A DNA stretch of 64,000 nucleotides, taken from Planctomycetota bacterium (lineage in GTDB: Bacteria; Planctomycetota; PLA2; JAEUHO01). The position numbers and the translations under genes are program-made. Of the stretch, positions 58,938 through 64,000 are shown piece by piece. The stretch is taken from the NCBI GenBank assembly GCA_965222115.1, contig CBDCTJ010000007.1:704001-768000 (forward strand), read 5' to 3'. The notes under the pieces were generated by a model. That model did no database searches and was not told the origin of the DNA. It was given only the letters and a program-made list of their open reading frames with translations. Each line of letters opens with the position of its first letter. Position 1 is the stretch's first letter.

Positions 58938-60719
58938 CTACTTGATCCACCACTCGTGAACGTTGTCGAGGTACTTCAGCGATGTTGCGCGAACGTTGAT
59001 AAATCGTTTGTTGATACCCACCAATCCCCGGGGCTCGTAGATCATCGTGTATGGTTGATTCTCGTGAAGCACGTGCTGAAACGCACGCCAGACACCGCGA
59101 GCTTCTTCCCGAATGGCCGGATTAGAAATGTTCATAGTGCGTCCTCGGTCGATGAGGTCGTCGATATATGGGTCGGTAAAGTTCACATAGTTGTAACGAC
59201 CGTCTACCGATATCGAATGAAACGTTGGCTTGGGATCGATCTTGGTGGCAATATACCAACCGCCCACGTAGGCCTGAAACTCGTGCTTCTTGAGCTTCTG
59301 CGACATCATATTGAAGTCGATGAGCTTGATTTCGACGTCTACGTCGATACGACTTAGATCCGACTGAATACGCTCACAAATTGCTTTTCGGACGTCGTTT
59401 CCACTGTTGGTGTTGAGCACAAACGCGAGCTTGCGATCTTCCGCGTCATACCAGCCGTCACCCTTCTTGTGTGTGAATCCTGCGTCCGCGAGCAGCGCTT
59501 CGGATTTTGACGGGTCGTACGCAAGCGGCTTGACGTCTCGTGCAGACGCCCACATGCTGCGAATAATGAACGGCGCCGCGACTTCGGCGTAACCGTAGAA
59601 CTGTGATTTAACGATGTCCTCGCGATTGATGGCGTGTGTCATTGCGCGTCGCACGCGCGCATCCTTGAACGGAAAGCGCTTGCAGTTCCATCCCGCGTAC
59701 CCGTAGGAACGCGCAACATAAGTCATGAGCCAGAGGTCTTTGTTGTCCAATACTTGGTATGCGAGGTGGGGCTGGACGCCATTCATGACATCGATTTGCC
59801 CCGCACGAAGTGACTTGAGTATCGAACTCTGATTTTGGAATATCTTGAATGTCAACTTGTCGAGATAGGGCTTACCTTTGTCCCAATAGGTCGGATTGGG
59901 TTTGAGCGCAATGACTTCGTCCGCGAGGTGTTTGTCGAGCAGCCATGGGCCACCGCAGGCCTTGGTCGCCAACTCGGCCCAGTTTGCGTAGCCTTGCCAT
60001 TTTCCAAACGGCACCGTGCCAAAGGTGTGTTTCGGGATAATCTGAACATCGTTGATATCCATGATGTTGTAGGGCGAGGACTTGGTGTATTTGACCGTAA
60101 ACTCACGCGGCGAGTGAATCTCAATGTCTTGAATAAAGTCGACGATCGAGGCTCCTACCCACGCGACATCGGGGCTCTTGCCCGCTTGCCAAGAGAACTC
60201 AACATCGCCCGAAGAAATGGGCGTTCCGTCACTCCACGTGCATTCGCGCAACATGAACCGAATCGAGAGGTTGTCTTCGGCAATGGACCAGGACTCGGCG
60301 ATTGCGGGTACGAACGTGGGGACGCCATCAAAGTAGTTGGGTTGCTCCGACATGAGACGAGGAAAGATGAGTTCTTGAATCTCAGATGCGGACGCTGAAC
60401 TTGATAGAAATGGATTGAAATTGTCGATGTCACGCAGAAGTGCCGCGCGAAGTTCACCGCCACGCTTCGGCGCTTCGCCTGCGGGCGCAGGCAAAAATGC
60501 GTATGTTTGCTGCCCGACAATCTTGTCGCCTTCAATCGGACTCGGGTCCCAGAGCCCCGGCATTTGCTCCTCCTCGTCGACACCAAGTTTCAGCGTAGGT
60601 AGTGTGACGTCTTTGGCGTCTACGACACGGATCTCAATCGGATCGCCGCAACCGCCTAGGATGAGAAGAGCGATGCACGCGACTCCGCGCGCGACGCCTG
60701 GAAACAGAGTGGAACCCAT
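58938..60719 (-). CDS. Peptide ABC transporter substrate-binding lipoprotein (family 5)
   Basis: GGAGG RBS before ATG 60719, lipobox LGGC, WSDGTPISSGDVEFS, GPW, NPTYW and DARVRRAMTHAINR. Confidence 0.93.
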   Translation of the reverse strand: MGSTLFPGVARGVACIALLILGGCGDPIEIRVVDAKDVTLPTLKLGVDEEEQMPGLWDPSPIEGDKIVGQQTYAFLPAPAGEAPKRGGELRAALLRDIDNFNPFLSSSASASEIQELIFPRLMSEQPNYFDGVPTFVPAIAESWSIAEDNLSIRFMLRECTWSDGTPISSGDVEFSWQAGKSPDVAWVGASIVDFIQDIEIHSPREFTVKYTKSSPYNIMDINDVQIIPKHTFGTVPFGKWQGYANWAELATKACGGPWLLDKHLADEVIALKPNPTYWDKGKPYLDKLTFKIFQNQSSILKSLRAGQIDVMNGVQPHLAYQVLDNKDLWLMTYVARSYGYAGWNCKRFPFKDARVRRAMTHAINREDIVKSQFYGYAEVAAPFIIRSMWASARDVKPLAYDPSKSEALLADAGFTHKKGDGWYDAEDRKLAFVLNTNSGNDVRKAICERIQSDLSRIDVDVEIKLIDFNMMSQKLKKHEFQAYVGGWYIATKIDPKPTFHSISVDGRYNYVNFTDPYIDDLIDRGRTMNISNPAIREEARGVWRAFQHVLHENQPYTMIYEPRGLVGINKRFINVRATSLKYLDNVHEWWIK

Positions 60720-60805
60720 AGACGGCCTCCCGATGCCGGGGGCCAAGGGTACCCGCGTGCGCGCGTGGCGCGTCAAACGGCAAGCGTGTTTGCAGTGTTG
60801 ATTTG

Positions 60806-61243
60806 CTAGGAACTGCGAATGGCGCGCACCGCCGCGTTCACATCTTTGCCGTCTACGGTTGCGCCGGTGCTCTTTAGGCGCTTCATCGCAATGCCCATGG
60901 CCATGCCATCGTTGCCGGCCGCGCGGATCGCCTCGTGATGTTCACGCAGTGCGTCTTGAATCTGCTCGACGCTCAATGTCTGCGGAAGGAAGCGCTCGAG
61001 TACAGCAATCTCTTGCCCGAGGCGTGTCTTCTCTTCGCCGTCCGCTGCGGCGTCGTGCGACTCACCAATGGACTTGACCAACTTGCGAAGGATCTTGATG
61101 ACGGCGTCGTCGCCGAGCGTATCGCCGCCGCGTGCCTCGGCGGTTTGCACTTCGCCCAAGGCAACGCGTAAGATGTTCTTCTCAAGCGCGTTCTTAGCCT
61201 TCATGGCCTGCATCATGTCGGTCTTTAGTTGATCTCGAAGCAT
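60806..61243 (-). CDS. GatB/YqeY domain protein
   Basis: LKTDMMQAMKAK, EIAVLERFLPQTLS, MGIAM and DGKDV motifs. Confidence 0.92.
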   Translation of the reverse strand: MLRDQLKTDMMQAMKAKNALEKNILRVALGEVQTAEARGGDTLGDDAVIKILRKLVKSIGESHDAAADGEEKTRLGQEIAVLERFLPQTLSVEQIQDALREHHEAIRAAGNDGMAMGIAMKRLKSTGATVDGKDVNAAVRAIRSS

Positions 61244-61264
61244 GGATCGAATCTCTCGTCGCGC

Positions 61265-61819
61265 CTACTTACGGTTCACACCAATGTAGTTGAGCGCGCG
61301 GGATGCATACCCTTGTGACTTGAGACCTACGCGTTTGGCCTCCTCCATGGCTTCATTGGCCTGCAGCCCGCCATCGAGTGCGCGCCAAATCATCCATAGT
61401 GCGCCCACGCGATTGGCAGAACCACAGTGAATGAGCGTGGGCGTGTCGACGTCGGAGAATGCCTTGCGCGTCTCTTCAATGAGCGCGTCGGTCATTTCCT
61501 CCGGCGCACTCCACGGAATCGAGACGTAGTCCATGCCCAGCGACTTCACCAGCTTCGGTTCCCCGAGGTCTTTGATCTCTTGCTCATGGCGCATGTTGAT
61601 GACGCGCTTAATGCCCTGCTCCTTGGCGAGCTTAAAGTCTTCAGCTGAGGGCTGGCCAGCGAGCAGGTACTTCCCGAAGCGATGCACATTGGGCGTTTGT
61701 CCCAACGACGCGTCTTCTAGCTTAAGTCCGCTCGTGTTCAGCGCGGGCGTGGCATCGTCAGCACAAGCCGTCAACATGAGGCCAAGTGCGGCGAGCGAAA
61801 TGAGGGTGGTAGCGGTCAT
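61265..61819 (-). CDS. DUF442/Blh-like Cys phosphatase or sulfurtransferase lipoprotein
   Basis: Lipobox LTAC, AGQP, VINMR and the CX5R loop HCGSANR. Confidence 0.85.
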   Translation of the reverse strand: MTATTLISLAALGLMLTACADDATPALNTSGLKLEDASLGQTPNVHRFGKYLLAGQPSAEDFKLAKEQGIKRVINMRHEQEIKDLGEPKLVKSLGMDYVSIPWSAPEEMTDALIEETRKAFSDVDTPTLIHCGSANRVGALWMIWRALDGGLQANEAMEEAKRVGLKSQGYASRALNYIGVNRK

Positions 61820-61827
61820 GGAGATTC

Positions 61828-63999
61828 CTACTTCGTTTTGGATGGCAGTATGTATAGACGCTTGAGCAGGGGGTGACGTTCTGCATTCTTCGTCTTGTTT
61901 AGTTCCTCTTCAAACATCTGATAGGTCAAGTGCCAATCTATCGTGCTCGGCCTGCGTGAGGAACTCTGCCGAGGCTTCTTCTTGGGCTCCTCGGCTGTGT
62001 TTAGGAGTTGTTGCGATTCTTGCATGGCCGTTAAGCGAATCAAGTGATGCTTGTCTTGGAGACCACGGAGCAGGCCAAAGCATGCAAGGAGCTGTTTGCT
62101 GCCACCAAGGACGCGGAGTGCGTTGCGGCGTACTATGATTGAAGCCTGCCCCTGCTTGATGACATCAAAGACCGGCGAGCCCGGCTCTTCGACAATCTTC
62201 GAGAGCCAGTGAATGGCTGCGGTGCGCGCAAGGTAGGGCGTGTCATGATCGAGCGCGGCGATAAGTGCTGCGACATTCTCTTTGCTAGGAGCGGATGCTA
62301 GGCACCCCGCAGCAGCGACACCCACAAGTTCGTCCTTGGATTTGAGCATCTCCCGCACCTCGGGTGGACAGTGCTTGAGTGCGGTGAGGGCCAGCAACAC
62401 GTTTCTTCGCGTCGTTGGATCTTCGGTAAGCAAAGCCTCAAGTCGAGGAATGAACGACCTGTGTTTCAGATGCTCCATGGCGGCAATCACGCGTTTACGC
62501 ACCTTGATGTCGTCCGACGTGGATCGTTCCAACAAGCGTGGCGCGACATTCGAAATGTCGAAGTGCTTAAGCGTGGCCTTGACGGCCAAGAATTCCAGCG
62601 AGCTGTCAGTAGCGATCCGCTCAAACGCGCGATCAAGCGCCGATTGCCTCAATGCAAAGAGTTGCTCGCGCGCCAATGGCATAATTATTCGGTTGTCACC
62701 CACTTCCCATTCCGAACAGATAGACCATAGTTTATCGAGATCCCACACGCGCGTGCCGTCGCGTTCCACCTGCCCCTTTGCGTGTACCTGCTTCGTGGCG
62801 TCTTCCTTGGAGATCGAACTCGTGCGCCCGTCGTTGCCCTTCTTTGCCGCTTTGTCACTGTGAATGGCATCGATGCCCGCGCCGTAGGATCCATCGAGCC
62901 ACAACCTGTCGTCACGCGCCGTTTCGGAGTAGATGTCTTTGCCGCCGCCATCGAGCAAAAGGCCAATGCCGCCTGCGTGTCGTGCGGGGCGGGAGGAGCC
63001 TCGTGCGTAGGTGCGCTTGGCCGTGTAGGCGTCGTTGCCTCCCGAGTCAATCAACATGGCGACGGAGTTGGTGAGCGCGCCGCCTTGCGAGCCGCCGGAA
63101 CCGGAATAGTGATCATCGCCTGCGCGATCAACTAAGAACCCCACCGCGAAGTCGTGCGCGCCGCCAACACCTACGCCATTGATGCAGTGGTAGTGATCGT
63201 TCCCCGCACGATCGAGCAACATACCCGCCGACAGGTGGATGCCCGTGCCTTGGCAGTAGTGGGTGCCCACGTAGCTGTCGTGACCGTCGTTGTCGATCAA
63301 GAGACCCAGCGAATACCAGTAAGAGGAACCCTGCCCGTAGATGTCTGTGACATACGTGTCGTTGCCCTTGGCGTCCACCAAAACGCCAATGCCCCCTGAA
63401 GCGAGCGGGCGCATGCCAATGGCGAACCCTTGCGATAGGGCTTGATAGCGATCGCGGTAAAGTGGCGCGTGCACGTGTTTCTTGCCTGCGCTGTATTGAT
63501 CGTTGCCCGCAAGATCCACCAGCACGCCGCAGCCCCAGGTGGAGGCGCAGCCCTGGCCCATAAAGTCGGCGTGGGAGGTATCGTTACCTTCGCGATCGAT
63601 GAAAAAGCCCATACCGAACGCGCCAGCACCCAAACAGAAGTCGCCTCCTTGGTACACATCGTTCCCCGCATCATCAATTAGCGCGGCAACCCCTACGACG
63701 CTCGCCCCCAATGAACAGTTGCGCGCGCGATACACGTCGTCGCCCGCCATATCCCATTGCACGGCGATGCCGCCCAATGCTCCTGCCATGCTCACGTCCG
63801 CTTTGCTGGCGTAGGTATCGTCGCCCGCGAAGTCAATGGCAACGCTCACATGGTCCCCGAGGAGGCCGTTGGCAGCCGCGCCATAGTCGTAGCGGTCGTC
63901 GCCGCCAAAGTCGATCACAACATCGGCGCGCGCGTCGTGGTGATCGTAGCCCGTGCCCCCAATGCGAATCGTGAGTCCATGTTCTTCAAACGCCTGCGA
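61828..63999 (-). CDS. Gly/Asp-rich (D-x-x-G-[ND]-D-x-Y) repeat protein with C-terminal HEAT repeats, 5' truncated
   Basis: The frame is open to the window edge, with more than 10 repeats of G.G.L.D..GND.Y followed by HEAT-like helices. Confidence 0.8.
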   Translation of the reverse strand, partial: SQAFEEHGLTIRIGGTGYDHHDARADVVIDFGGDDRYDYGAAANGLLGDHVSVAIDFAGDDTYASKADVSMAGALGGIAVQWDMAGDDVYRARNCSLGASVVGVAALIDDAGNDVYQGGDFCLGAGAFGMGFFIDREGNDTSHADFMGQGCASTWGCGVLVDLAGNDQYSAGKKHVHAPLYRDRYQALSQGFAIGMRPLASGGIGVLVDAKGNDTYVTDIYGQGSSYWYSLGLLIDNDGHDSYVGTHYCQGTGIHLSAGMLLDRAGNDHYHCINGVGVGGAHDFAVGFLVDRAGDDHYSGSGGSQGGALTNSVAMLIDSGGNDAYTAKRTYARGSSRPARHAGGIGLLLDGGGKDIYSETARDDRLWLDGSYGAGIDAIHSDKAAKKGNDGRTSSISKEDATKQVHAKGQVERDGTRVWDLDKLWSICSEWEVGDNRIIMPLAREQLFALRQSALDRAFERIATDSSLEFLAVKATLKHFDISNVAPRLLERSTSDDIKVRKRVIAAMEHLKHRSFIPRLEALLTEDPTTRRNVLLALTALKHCPPEVREMLKSKDELVGVAAAGCLASAPSKENVAALIAALDHDTPYLARTAAIHWLSKIVEEPGSPVFDVIKQGQASIIVRRNALRVLGGSKQLLACFGLLRGLQDKHHLIRLTAMQESQQLLNTAEEPKKKPRQSSSRRPSTIDWHLTYQMFEEELNKTKNAERHPLLKRLYILPSKTK

Positions 64000-64000
64000 C

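Noticed and set aside
1-64000. Genome-wide UGA reassignment (code 4/25) as the explanation for the 17.55-kb read-through; also CRISPR, tRNA and rRNA
   Set aside because: Many conserved genes here end properly at TGA (kinase, narH, narI, actC, actD via ATGA overlaps), so UGA is normally a stop. No repeat-spacer arrays or RNA genes were seen by eye.

Overview
High-GC bacterial genomic DNA with no rRNA, tRNA or CRISPR seen. The ECF-sigma/Ser-Thr-kinase pair, Gly-rich lipoproteins and HEAT proteins suggest a Planctomycetota-like organism (inference only). The left part (1-26.4 kb) is an accessory mix: lipoproteins, a large GAF-type protein, a di-heme cytochrome c with a divergent ECF sigma, small enzymes and a TIR-STAND-WD40 gene. 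The centre (26.7-50.9 kb) is a co-directional respiratory island: His kinase, sigma54 activator, AlgE-type porin, NarK-DoxX fusion, di-heme cytochrome c, narGHJI, narK, actABCDEF (alternative complex III) and hemerythrin. The right part holds a kinase-STAND-TPR/ECF pair, an Opp/Dpp ABC system without ATPase, YqeY, a phosphatase-like lipoprotein and a truncated repeat/HEAT protein. The top observation is that the TIR-STAND-WD40 ORF and the next ORF are in the same frame, separated only by TGA-CCA-ACC-TGA-CTC-TTC. The two TGAs fall at the CxxC position of a thioredoxin-like fold and are followed by a SECIS-like hairpin, giving a candidate ~1950-aa NLR-like selenoprotein with a UxxU motif. Other notable items are twin divergent ECF promoters, a 173-bp palindromic MITE and the nar-ACIII superoperon.
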